A program made the position numbers and the translations under genes. Shown piece after piece: positions 51,899 to 64,000 of a stretch of DNA of 64,000 bases (its first letter is position 1; each line of letters begins with the position of its first letter). Location of the stretch: positions 18,915,406-18,979,405 of the forward strand of contig NC_089863.1 of the NCBI RefSeq assembly GCF_036373705.1. The letters run 5' to 3'. Origin of the DNA: Amia ocellicauda (taxonomy: Eukaryota). The notes under the pieces are model-generated. The model was not told where the DNA came from and did no database searches. It worked only from the letters and a program-made list of their open reading frames with translations.

Positions 51899-51982
51899 TG
51901 GTCCTCAATGATGTCATCGCAGGAAGTGGCGATGATGTAGCCGGCTGTGGAAGCCATGATGGCCTGAATTGAGGACACCAGC
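51899..51982 (-). CDS. tlcd3b: tlcd3b coding exon 2 (RLVSSIQAIMASTAGYIIATSCDDIIED, ends phase 2)
   Basis: Acceptor (tgtc)n-cgcAG at 51984-51983. Frame of ORF 51895..52173. Donor CCA|GTGAGT at 51898-51897. Confidence 0.85.
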
Positions 51983-52596
51983 CTGCGGACAGACAAACAG
52001 ACAGACAGACAGAGAGACAGGACTGTGTGAGTTGGACAGACAGACTGGCAGGGTCCAAGAGTCGGAGATGGAAAATCAGAGTCACCGGGGCTATACTGAA
52101 GGGTGGATAATTTGGGAGACGGATGGAGAGTCAGGGACAGACAAACACTCTGTACAGTACCGTCTCCAGTCAATCAGCTAATGCAAACCGCATTGTCAGA
52201 GTTAATGCACTGGCTTTGTTAATGTACTGCAGTTGCCGGTGTGTCAATATAACCCCCTGTGTTAATGCATCCAGGCAGTCCTCTCTGTGTGCAATGTTTC
52301 TGCCCTGCGGTCTGCAAGTCAGTCAGTGTTTGTGTAGTATTACAATCCCCATGTTACAATGTCCAGTCAGTGTGTCTGTTTCAGCCTTTAGGTCACCCAC
52401 CTCCCTCCCAATACTGTGTTAGTGTTAGTGTACTCACAGTGCAAAGTGAGTGCACCTGTTCCAGTGAACCAGTGTCTCTACTAACTTCCGGTGACTCTCT
52501 CTCACTGTCTAGGTGTAGTGTCTGTATACAGTAGCGTCCGTACAGTGGCAGGCAGTGTGGAAACTCGATATTAACCCCTCCCTTGGCCTCTCTCAC

Positions 52597-52721
52597 CTCG
52601 CCGACACGATCACGGCATCCCCTTCGCTCCATTGCAGTGCCGGGAGCTTCTTGAGGCAGCGCTTTGACAGGACAAACAGGCCGGGGAAAAAGAGCGAACC
52701 GGCGGCAAGGATCGTCAGCAT
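52597..52721 (-). CDS. tlcd3b: tlcd3b coding exon 1 (MLTILAAGSLFFPGLFVLSKRCLKKLPALQWSEGDAVIVSA, ends phase 2)
   Basis: ATG at 52721-52719 in the frame of ORF 52593..52838. Donor GAG|GTGAGA at 52596-52595. Confidence 0.85.
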
Positions 52722-55016
52722 GGTCTGAGCGGAAGAGGGCCAGAGAGAGAGACGGGAAAGGCCTCGGAAAACGCCACCGGGCGTCACAAAAATAAGATGT
52801 AAAAAAACGATATATATATACACAAAAATAACCCCCAAATGATGTTACTAATGAGAAATGATTGGGTGTTTAGGGGTGTGTGAGGTGTTCCCGCCTCTTT
52901 TTTAATATATAAACAACCCTCTCCAGAGAGTCAGTTGAAGTTCACTAGGCCACACGTGTTTACAGACGGATCTGTGGGTTTAGTATAAGGTGCCTCTTGC
53001 CTGCAAAGCCAATTGTCCAATTAACAACGCATGCGCTGTTATCAATAACGGTATTAATACAGTTTTAAGTAATAACTCATTTTCTGAATTATTCAATTTG
53101 AAATGGACGTGTCTGCCTTAACCCCCCTCCCTCCCCACCCCCCCAACCCCCCACCCCCGTCCCCCCCACGCAAAAGCTTAACAGATTGCTAACCTGTATT
53201 TTATTTCGTTAAATAGACGGAGAGAAAAAAGGATACAAAAGAAGAAAGAGGAATGGGGAGGGGGGGCAAGGGAGGGAGTGAATGCAAGAAGCAGTGGGGA
53301 GAGAGAGAGAGAAGACGAAATTCACTTTACTGTGGGCAGTATTTTGGTTCCCCCACACCTCTTCAGTTAGGAATAAAATGACTGTACAATTTATACGGAA
53401 TTTAATGTCTGTTACTAATCTTAAATCAATAAATAGACTCGCCAATGGATACACACAATTAGAATAGACAATGACCTTCTCTCTGTCCCTCACATCTCTC
53501 TGTGTTGGAGGGTTGGAGACGGAGAGGGGGATTGGGAGAGAGAATAAAATGTCAACCAAAATAGATCTGGCACGGATTAGACAACGGGGAGATTTAGAAA
53601 GATTACAGACACACACACACACACACACACAGAGGGAGAGATGGACGGATAAAGGGATAGACGGAGAAAGAGGGAGTCAAGGAGGAGGGGTGTGGGGGGC
53701 GAGGATGTGGGTTACGTGTGTCTGGGGGGTTATGAATGGGCAGAATGTGGAAAAGGAGAAAGGAAATCGAGGAAGGAGGGAGGTGGGGGGGATCAAATTG
53801 GGGAGTGGGAAGTGTCGGATGAAGGGAAGACAAGGCTGGGTTTGTCTAGTGGACGCAGGCCGGGCCACCACTGACAGACACAAACACACACTGCTCTCTC
53901 ATGATCACCCTCTGCCAATGCGGGAATTAAAACAATTAATAACGCTCGTCTGCAACGGTATATTTAGTTACAAGCGCTAACAACTGCACAAACACGCACA
54001 ATCGGCCGCATTCAATCAAAGCGCAGCTCCTGCCTCCCCGTCCCCCCGCACCACCGGCGACACAATAACGGGGCTGTTTCGCTGGATGCGCCCGTCCTTT
54101 CGTTCAATAGGGTTTTGGGTCTCGCAGACGGGACAGGATCAGCAAATGCACCCCCAGCACTGAGCTGGACCACGGGCCCAAATCCCAGTTTGTGTGCGGG
54201 TTATCTTTGGAGAAAATGCGCAATGCGCTATATAGTATAGTAGCAGACAACGGCCGAGCGCTCCGTATTGGAATTAGACGTCGCTATTCTTTTTATAACA
54301 CAAGCGAGGGTGATTATAATAATACTGATAATATTAGAAGAAAGCACACTTACGTCTTTGCAAAAAACATTTTTTTTTTAAATCCTCCACCGCTAAATAC
54401 CCAGTTCTCTCGCAGAATCCGTGCTTATTATTTAATTCCCCCAATACAAAAAAAAAAAAAAAAAAAAGACAATTTGCTGTACAGGAATGAAATTGTTTTT
54501 GCAAAAAAATCAAATGCAATCCTTTTTGTCCCTCTCTCGGCTCAATCCCGTCGCTCTTCTCCAGCAGCGACCGCCGGCGATCATCAATCAATGAGGCAGG
54601 ACTGATGCCCAGTCCGAGCAGCGGCGCACACACGGACCCACACGCACTGGCACTGGCACAGTCCCGGGTCGGGCCCAGTCTTGGCACTGGGAGGTAATCG
54701 CAACACTGTCGTCTGTGCACCCGGGTCGATATTAAACCTGGGTGGGCATCGATGTTGGATGTTATGTGTCAATTTTTTTTTTATTTCTATATATCTTTGG
54801 TTTTCTTTCAAAGGGCACAAGCGGCGCCTGTCGTGAAATGTAGGTCGAGCCGTGCCCGTGTCGCTGCGGCGCCGAGTCGATGTGTCTCTCTCCCCGGCTC
54901 AAGCGAGTCGATGCCCCGGCTTCCTGCGGCACAGACGACCGCGATAATTCTCCACATGTTTAGGAGCCGAGAGGAGGGGGGGGGATGGAGGGATGGAGGG
55001 AAGGGGAGGGGGGGTT

Positions 55017-55065
<49 letters not shown>

Positions 55066-55262
55066 CGCCACAGGCTGTCACAGCAGTCCCCAAGTCCTCC
55101 CTTCTTCCTCCCCCCGATAAAAACCAGAAGCCGCCGCTGTTTACAGACGCACCCGTGGGGACATCTCTGTTAGCCGCCGCATGAATGAACCGCTACTTCT
55201 GCGTGTATGTGCGTGTCTTTTTATTTATTTATTAAACGCGATCTTTCATTTATATAATTTGG

Positions 55263-55264
<2 letters not shown>

Positions 55265-55340
<76 letters not shown>
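55265..55340. repeat. (CT)n microsatellite; further (CT)n at 55017-55062 and 55403-55451
   Basis: Perfect dinucleotide runs inside a CpG-rich block. Confidence 0.95.
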
Positions 55341-55342
<2 letters not shown>

Positions 55343-55398
55343 CCTGTCGCCGGCACAGATGTATAATGCCACAAAAAGAGAGAAAGTGCCCCGGTTTT

Positions 55399-55453
<55 letters not shown>

Positions 55454-57689
55454 GAATGAGTGAGAGAGGGGGGCTGGGGGTTATACAATGTCGCCGTGTG
55501 AGGCTGTCAGAAAACGGGAGGAGGGGGAGAGAGAGAAAGAGTCGTTTAAGGTCGAACGGCCTACTTTGGAAATCGCGGTTGTTTTTGAAGCAGGGGTCTT
55601 TCCGCCGCTAGGTAGCCGGCCTACCTGGGCCCCCCTGCCCGCCCCCCACTGCAGACAGGGCCGCGGTCTCGCAGTCTCTCCTTTCCCCTCAGGACAGAGG
55701 GTGCAGGGGGCACCTACAGGGCATCCCTCGTTGTACCCCTGCTGTACTTTTCTTTATACCGTGGAAACTCCCCACCTCTAAACTCAATGCCTTACGCCTG
55801 CGCCTTGGTCTGCTACATATGGCCTGTGGTGGCATAAAACGCTGGACCGGGAGAGACCTTGAGTCACTGTGCATGAGTGTTGGCTGCAGGATCGCACGAT
55901 GACTATGGTGGACACACAGGGCAGCACAGAGAAACAGGTGTAGGACAGTGGTGGCCCTGGGGGGGGTTTGTTCACCTTGCATGATCCCCCCCCTTGGAAA
56001 AAAGTGCCAAATCTGTCCCGGTGCACGTATGTTATCCAGGTATCAGGTGACAGCTGTGATATATTGCGACAGCGATGAGAGTCCGTGTATTTAACCCCTG
56101 GCAATGCACAAACACTTGGGGGGGCTACGGTTATTCTGGGGAGTCCTGCCAAATGTTTGATCCGCTCCCTCCTCTAAATGCAGCTGTCCCCCTTTAGCAT
56201 CTCCCTCCCCAAGTGTCAGATCTCTGACACCATCGCTTTGGTGTCAGGAACGGATTAGGTTTGTATCTAGCTTGCACAATACTGCTCAGACCCTTTTGCC
56301 ACCAGCATGCCCGGCCCAGTTTGGACTCAGGTTCTGAGTGGTGTTAGTGTGAAAGCACAGGCATGGGGAGAAGGAGGATTGGGGTTCTCCAGGACCGGGC
56401 TTGGACACCCCTACCATACAGTGAACCCAATCAGAACCCAGGTTGCTGAGAAATGGGTCTAAACCCAGGTTGGTGAGCTGGTGTGAAAGGGGCTATAGTC
56501 ACACAGGGATCTAGAGTAACATGTACTAGTGCCTGTGGATAATGCACTCAACCCAAGGCACCAAGCATTATTATTACAAATAATAATTACAATTTGTCTT
56601 AGCACACACACAGTATAGACACCCACACACAAAGTATACACACAGCATACAGACACACAGCTAGCCCCAGGAGAAAAATCCCAGACCAACATACCCCACC
56701 CCATTCCCCAAGGTGGCCAATCAGACACAGCAACACACGTGACCTTGGGCACCCCCTACTCCCCAGACACGCCCTCTTACCTCACAGAAAGGTCTCCCTC
56801 ATTTGTTCAGCACTAGGGGCCACACCGTCTGAGACTCCTGAAGTGGGGGACGCAACAAGATCCCACAGATCCCTGATGGACCTGCCCTGTCAGAAACACA
56901 CAGAAGCTAGCAGATTCCTTTAACGTGAGGTAGAATTGTGTGATCCCTATCTTTTCATACGCCAAAACAGACCCTTTTTGGTGTACGTAGAATAAAAGGA
57001 TGACACACATCTTCTATATCAATATCTAAATCTATATCTATATATCGATATCTGCATTTGTTTTATATGGGTGACTCTTCTGTCTTTCCCTCCCATATAA
57101 ACACACACACACATTGCGTTGCCCCTGGCCATGACAGCACACAACCCACGTACTGCTTTATCGAGCCGGCTGCACTGACCCCAGAGCAGGAGCAGCACGA
57201 AATCTATTATAACTTTTTACATTTGCCCCCCCCATGGACAGAAATAGGCCCGTATGCTATGTGTCCTGGCGCACAGATTATTAAACAGGTATCAGGTGGC
57301 ATGGTGTGATATTGTGGCAGTGCTGAAAGTCAGTATATTGATATTTATATTTAGCACAAGCACGTAGTCATTTCGGGGTGCACCGGCATGAGTTTCACCC
57401 ACAGCAAGTTGTACTGTTACAGTGTGACACTTTTATCAATCTGTTCTGTCCACATGCATAATATGTACATTACATACATACAGTTCAAATACTCTACCAG
57501 TGACAATATCCTAAATGTATTCCAGCTTACTACTACTGATTATAATAATAATAATGATGAAGATGATGAAGATGATGTGTCTTGTGTGGATCGACCGTAC
57601 CAGACCTTCGGCGTGCGGTTGCCGAGGTAACCTGTAATCCCGCCTCCTGTCAGGTCGGTAATCTGCCGGCGCGCTCCTGGCAACCGCGC

Positions 57690-57855
57690 CGCGATTGGCC
57701 AGCTCTCCGATCAATCATCATGACTCGCTGCCACTCATTGGTGACTGGCGGCGCCGTGAGCCAATAAAAGTCGAGCACGACGTCTGCCGATCTAATTGAC
57801 GTCAGCACCAGCCAATAGACCTCCGGGAGCAGAGAATAATGTGAGCTATAAAAGG
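57690..57855 (+). promoter_or_regulatory. promoter-like module: four CCAAT/ATTGG boxes, a CRE (TGACGTCA) and a TATA box (gctataaaagg) immediately upstream of the 43-bp array
   Basis: The motifs are gcgattggcc (~57693), tcattggtg (~57736), gagccaataaaag (~57770), attgacgtcagc (~57797), agccaatag (~57815) and tataaaagg (~57846). Confidence 0.4.
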
Positions 57856-57904
57856 AATAATCCACTAGTATTGTACTGCAGCCGCCTAATGTAACAGGAG
57901 CGTT

Positions 57905-58725
57905 TTAAAGTACTGTACTGTTACTACAGGCCCTTAATGGAACAGCACTATTCTACTGCACTGTTACTACAGCCCCCTATTGGAACAGCACTATTGTACT
58001 GCACTGTTACTACAGCCCCCTATTGGAACAGCACTATTCTACTGCACTGTTACTACAGCCCCCTATTGGAACAGCGCTGTTCTACTGCACCGTTACTACA
58101 GCCCCCTATTGGAACAGCACTATTCTACTGTACTGTTACTACAGCCCCCTATTGGAACAGCGCTATTCTACTGCACCGTTACTACAGCCCCCTATTGGAA
58201 CAGCCCTATTCTACTGCACTGTTACTACAGCCCCCTATTGGAACAGCGCTATTCTACTGCACCGTTACTACAGCCCCCTATTGGAAAAGCGCTATTCTAC
58301 AGCACTGTTACTACAGCCCCCTATTGGAACAGCGCTATTCTACTGCACCGTTACTACAGCCCCCTATTGGAACAGCCCTATTCTACTGCACTGTTACTAC
58401 AGCCCCCTATTGGAACAGCGCTATTCTACTGCACCGTTACTACAGCCCCCTATTGGAACAGCGCTATTCTACAGCACCGTTACTACAGCCCCCTATTGGA
58501 ACAGCGCTATTCTACTGCACTGTTACTACAGCCCCCTATTGGAACAGCGCTATTCTACAGCACCGTTACTACAGCCCCCTATTGGAACAGCGCTATTCTA
58601 CTGCACCGTTACTACAGCCCCCTATTGGAACAGCGCTATTCTACTGCACTGTTACTACAGACCCCTATTGGAACAGCACTATTCTACTGCACTGTTATTA
58701 CAGCCCCTTATTGTAAGGCAACTGT
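57905..58725 (+). repeat. tandem array of about 19 copies of a 43-bp unit (ccctattggaacagcgctattctactgcaccgttactacagcc)
   Basis: Direct inspection shows all three forward frames open across the array (ORFs of 259, 254 and 281 aa), as expected for a multiple-of-3-offset repeat and not for a gene. Each unit contains ATTGG, the CCAAT complement. Confidence 0.9.
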
Positions 58726-59871
58726 TCCAATGCACTTCCATTAAAAGACCCCTATTGCAACATAAGCTTTGCCTTGTATTACAGCCCCCTATGGCAACAG
58801 GCCTCTATATCAGTGCTATGATGGTAGACCGTCAGCAGGGAGCTGAATTATGTATCAGGCTGTTATGAAAGTTTCAGACAAAGGGAGGCTGGGCAAGTCC
58901 AAGGTGGACGAATCACATCGCTCCACTGCCTCCCGCTCTGAATAAAACATGAGCGTCTCCTCATTGCAGCCCCAGCCCTGACATCATCAGCCAGACTGGA
59001 CTTTATGAGTGTGTGTGCCTGTGAAAGTGTGTGCGTATGTGTGGGCAAGTTAGAGAGAGTGTGTGTGTGTGTGTTTGTGTATCTGTGTGCGCGTGAGAGA
59101 GAGAGAGTGTATGACTGTATAAGAATGTATGCGTGTGTGTCTGTTGATCAGTCTATATATCAGTTTATCTGCTAATCTGTCTGTCTGCCATTTAAAATAT
59201 ATCCCATTTTATGAAATAGAGAACAAAATATATCTACCATATTGTAAGAAATCCAATGTGTAAGGATTACATAGCACCATGCTGACTCAATAAGATGTAT
59301 ATTAAATAATGGTAAGAAAATAATCTAGAGAAACAGGTGGATCCCCAGACTCCGGGAAGGTTCATTTATAGATTGAGACTTTGAAAGCAGACAAAAAAAA
59401 AGTCCCTATATGGGAATAATTAGAAGAATCAATGAATATGCATTAAATACTGATCAACATGCAAGTCTAACAGATTATATTGGCTACTGAATAATCAACA
59501 ATATAGCTATAGTAGATAACTAACAACCTTTGGTACATTTCCACCTCAGCACTTCTGTAACCTTGTGGACGACTCTCAGAAACAACAGGAAGGTTTGTTA
59601 TCAATAAAGCCATCTTTACCTCATTCTCTGAAAGTGGCGAGGCAGGGAAATCAGATGTATTGACAGCTGAGTGTCTCTGTCTCCGAAGTTCAATATAGTT
59701 TGCTGATCAATATTAGACATTCTCTAACACTATAGAATTGCCAGCGCTGGATTAACAGCCTGGAATCTCTGATTATTTCTTAGGCCTGTAGTGTATTCTG
59801 GAAGTCACCTGTAGGTGGCGCCCCCTGGTGCACCATCTGTCAAGACCAGACTGGAGCCAGTATTTTGAGGG

Positions 59872-59919
<48 letters not shown>

Positions 59920-60051
59920 AGTACAGTTTATGCTGACTGCTCATTGACCTTGCATTGAGCCTCAGAGACAGAGACAGGCAGGACAGACAGAGAGAATAAG
60001 AAGGAGAAAAACAGAAAAAAACACCTGTTTTCTATAGATCTGTTATTGGCA

Positions 60052-60096
<45 letters not shown>

Positions 60097-60456
60097 GTCT
60101 GTCTCTAAGCCACCTACCCCCTCTTCTCTCTCAATTCGATTGGATTCAGTTCAGTTCCATTCAGTTCCGTTTAGCTCGGTGTGTGTTATTAGTGTGACAG
60201 TGTTATTGGAGTCTTGTTCAGGCGTACAGTGCAGCTGGACAGTGAAAGCAGTGACGCACATTGAGCACAATACAGTACAGTGCAGCGCAGTACAGGACAG
60301 TACAATTGTAGTACAGACACGGGACAGTCCCTCAGTGTGTGTGGGGCTGCACCTGTTGAAGAGGGTGCAGTGTACAGGGTCTGCCACAAGGCAGCAGAAG
60401 AGCTCTGGACTGGAGGGGCTTCCCTCTCCCTGTTTCCTTCTTTCACCTGTCTGTCA

Positions 60457-60489
<33 letters not shown>

Positions 60490-60700
60490 ACGCACACACA
60501 CACACATCAACTCTGACACAGTCTCTCTCTCTCTCTCTCTCATGCACACACACACAAATAAACTCTGACACAGTCCCTCTCTCTCTCTCACGCACACACA
60601 TACTCTCTCTCTCTCTCACGCACACACATACACACACTGTCACGCACACACATAAACTCTGACACAGTCTCTCTCTCAAGTAATCACACACACCCATACA

Positions 60701-60748
<48 letters not shown>

Positions 60749-63700
60749 CACACACAATGCACTGTAAACAAAAACAGTAGTATTGCAGTAGAGTATCACG
60801 GGGCTTAAGTGTCCTACTGTACATTTTACATTAAACTGTGTGTTAACCATAACTAATCCAGTACACTGAATACCTTCTGACTCCTTTCTGACGCCTTTGC
60901 CCCAGTTTGGCTCATTGTGTCTAACGTCAACACAGCGAGGGCTGGCCAGGATTCCAACCTACAGTCTGGCAGAGTTGAAACAAGTGTCATATCCACTGTG
61001 ACACCGTTCCACCCTGTGGCACTAGGGAAGACACCTGCATGTATTTTGGGATTTAGCCATTTCCGCACACTGTGAACCACACTGAATGAATTAACTTCCC
61101 AGTCCTGTACTCACCTGCACCAGGTTTGGAAAGACAGCTTGATATCTCATCATGCATGTACACCGTAGGTTACATGTTTACATTGGCAGTTGTGTTTACA
61201 AAGCCAGTTCCATCCCATGCAACTACACCCAGGCTGCAAATTCAGCACAATATGAAACCGGCACACCAGTCTGATCAATTCCCACAAAGGCCACCAAGCT
61301 GCCGACAATAGGTCTGGACTGAAACAATGTATCAAAGCGATACGAAGCCTGTCTGACTCAAAAAGACACATATTCATCAATCAATCAATCAATCAATCAA
61401 TTTATATTTGTATAACGCCCTTCGCAGGGTAGCCACAGAGGGCTTTACAGAGTGGTAAACATACAACAGACATATAGCAAAATAAAAGACAATAAATACA
61501 TTAATAAAATGAATAAAAATAGACCTTTATCAGTTGAAATGAACTAAAACACAGCAAACCAACATTAAAATAACACACAGCAAATTTGTACATAGCAGTA
61601 AACAAAAATGCAGTTATAAATCAGTTATCCTGACATCATCTTTCTACGTGTGCTAGCAGAACAGGGTTCTCAAATACCGGGAGCATGTTGTTGATCAATA
61701 GATTAGGATGATGAAACTTAAATAACAACGATGAGTTTGCAAAAGATACTGTCATATGGTGTTCTTTTCATAATATGGCAAGAGTCCAGGTACCTCCCAA
61801 AACACAACCTGTCCTGTTGACATTTCTGTCAACAGCCCAGGTACATTTTGACATAAGGAAGTTATTGTCTTAAAACATCACAGGAATTTAAACCTTGCAC
61901 GCTAGTATTTCATTACCTTCCTTTCACAACTCTAATCGTGCAAACAGTTCCTAAACTGACAGTCAGCCAGTCCTGTATTCATTTCAGCACAATATTTTGC
62001 TGACTTTTGATGTTGCCCACAGCTATATAAAGGTGGAGAACTACTGTCTATCTGTGATATAAAATTTGCAAAATACTGCTTCCTTATCAGACGATGGGCT
62101 TCTTAGAAATCTGAGCAAAGTACAGTAATAAAAACATAATGTTGTGTTTTACTGTGAGGAATACAGTTTATATGAGGAGCTTCAGCTGTTGAAGAAATAC
62201 AGTAGATTATAGCTGTGTGTGATATAAAATGTTAACAAGGCTGCTAAATGCTGCCTCCTTACCTGGCAATTGGCTTCTTAGAGATCTGAGCAATGTACAG
62301 AAAAAACAAAAAAACATCACAGTGTTTCACTATGAGGAATACAGTAATATACAGCATTTGTGTACAGTGTGAAATAGTCTCACACTCACACTGACACAGC
62401 CTGCGGAGAGAAAGAAAGAAAGGGTCGGGGATGGGGAGTGCTTCATTGAAAGACTATGACAGAAGAAGGGAAAGTGAAGGACAGAGAGGGAGAGGGACAA
62501 TGTCAGTGTCTATCAATCATTAATGTGGTCTGGACCAGAGTTCTTACACTGTCACCCACTGCACACATCCTGTACACACACACACACACACACACTCTGG
62601 CTATAGTCCACACAGTGCTGGTCCCTATACTGTACTATACTATAGTCCACACAGCACTGGCTCCAGTCTGGCCCCTATACTATACTATACTATACTATAC
62701 TATACTATACTATACTACAGTCCACACAGCGCTGGGGTGGGAGTTAACCCTTTCCTTCCAGTTTCTCTCACTTCTCAGGTTATGCACTGCAGCACCTATA
62801 CTGCACCTACCTTTTTCTCGGTGTGCGATTACTGTATCTTCTCCTATGCCTACCCCACCCTTTAGCACTTGACCGAACTGAGCAGAATCATGTCTGCAGC
62901 CAGATCATTAGTACAGGGACTTGCGCTTATTGTATACAGTAGCTTACTGATTGCATTTACTGCACTTTTTCATGCGTTGAAAAAGGTTTCTTGTGAAAAC
63001 TGTCAACTAATATGGGGGGTGGGTAGTATTTATTAATTTGCTTGCTAATTCTTTTACTTTACAGACAAAAGTGTACTGGATTGAGAACTTGTGAGACCTG
63101 AAAAACTACACCCAGCAGAGAGAAAGAGAAAGAGAGGGGCGGGTATAGGGGGAGTGTGCTTTGATGCGAAGGAGGGGAATGGTCGAGGGGAGGCAGAGAT
63201 GGATAAATATATGCTATTGAGAGAGAGAGAGAGAGAGAGTATAGTAAGTTTTGCTCTGTTTGCTATTTCGTGTGGGACCAGCTATAACGCGCAGTGAGTC
63301 AATTATTATGATTCTGATGATGATGGTGGTGGTGGTAATTATTAGTAGTGGCAGTATTGTTGTGGTCTTTATTGTTTTCATACTGGGAGAGGAGTGTGCG
63401 GTGCAGACAGCGGGCTGTGTCGCGTCCTGTGCCCGGGGCTCGGGCGCTCTCTGCCCGCCTGGCTCAGCGCTCCTGGCTGCCCGCAGCTTTAACCCTGCAG
63501 GCATGGAGACGAGTGGCACCCTGTCAGGAAATGAGAAAGATAATGGGACTGAAGTAGGACCAGTGCGTGAGGTGCCTTTCAATAGCACGTCAGTTGAGAA
63601 CAAGTTGGAAAGGCGTTTGCCACAGCGGGAGAGGTCCCCACCATGTCGTTTTGTCAGGGTTACCGTCTTTGCGGGTTTCACACATTGCTGTCAGTCTCCC

Positions 63701-64000
63701 AGTACGCCGCAAGGGGGCGCTCTTAGTGTGTCTGTATCATCTAACCCCCCTTCATCTTTCTCTCTGTCCCTCTATCACTGTTTACCCCTCCACCCCTCTT
63801 TTTGTCTCTCTCCACCGCTCCATTTCCATCTCTATTATTCACTCTGTTCCCCCCTCTCAAATTCAAATTAAACTCAGGTGAACTTCATTGGCATGCTTTA
63901 TGGTGGTGCCAAAGCATTTATCATACAGACATAACCATACTTTTAAAATCGTTGAAGATGTTGAACAATAATAATAAGATTAACTTTATATATATATATA

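Noticed and set aside
57937-58868. Three long overlapping plus-strand ORFs (259, 254 and 281 aa; LLQPPIGTALFYCTVTTAPYWNS... repeated)
   Set aside because: They are open only because the 43-bp tandem unit lacks stops in all three frames. The peptide is perfectly periodic and has no resemblance to known proteins.

Overview
Teleost fish nuclear DNA, not a prokaryotic window. It is an AT/GC-mixed, microsatellite-dense region carrying four protein-coding genes that I reconstructed exon by exon from the six-frame track and canonical GT/AG splice sites.

Gene models: prrt2 (+, 7610-9065, 4 coding exons, 254 aa), pagr1 (+, 21362-22724, 4 exons, 287 aa), mvp / major vault protein (-, 34049-26601, 16 coding exons, 864 aa; 875 aa if a possible in-frame 5' exon at 35499-35481 is used) and tlcd3b / fam57b (-, 52721-43974, 5 exons, 336 aa). 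prrt2-pagr1-mvp is the order seen at human 16p11.2; tlcd3b lies at the same human locus but here directly follows mvp.

Mobile elements: a near-intact IR/DR Tc1-like DNA transposon with a single frameshift (5077-6657); a second degraded Tc1-like copy (about 39050-39905); a 5'-truncated L2/CR1-like LINE lying antisense inside an mvp intron (about 29880-31425); and a CR1-like LINE 3' end with an internal duplication (about 23990-24895). Several unclassified dispersed repeat families, minisatellites and many (CA)n/(CT)n/(GA)n/(TA)n microsatellites are also present.

Most notable observations: (1) a recurring module of the form (CAGT)n-GTGTCTGTACTGTATTAACC-(CT)n-AG sits at the 3' ends of introns of prrt2, mvp and tlcd3b, supplying the polypyrimidine tract and the acceptor AG, and also occurs outside genes; this raises an intron-generating or intron-remodelling repeat (introner-like) hypothesis. 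(2) A promoter-like cluster of four CCAAT boxes, a CRE and a TATA box lies immediately upstream of a 19-copy 43-bp tandem array in which every unit carries ATTGG. No CRISPR arrays, rRNA or tRNA genes were recognised.
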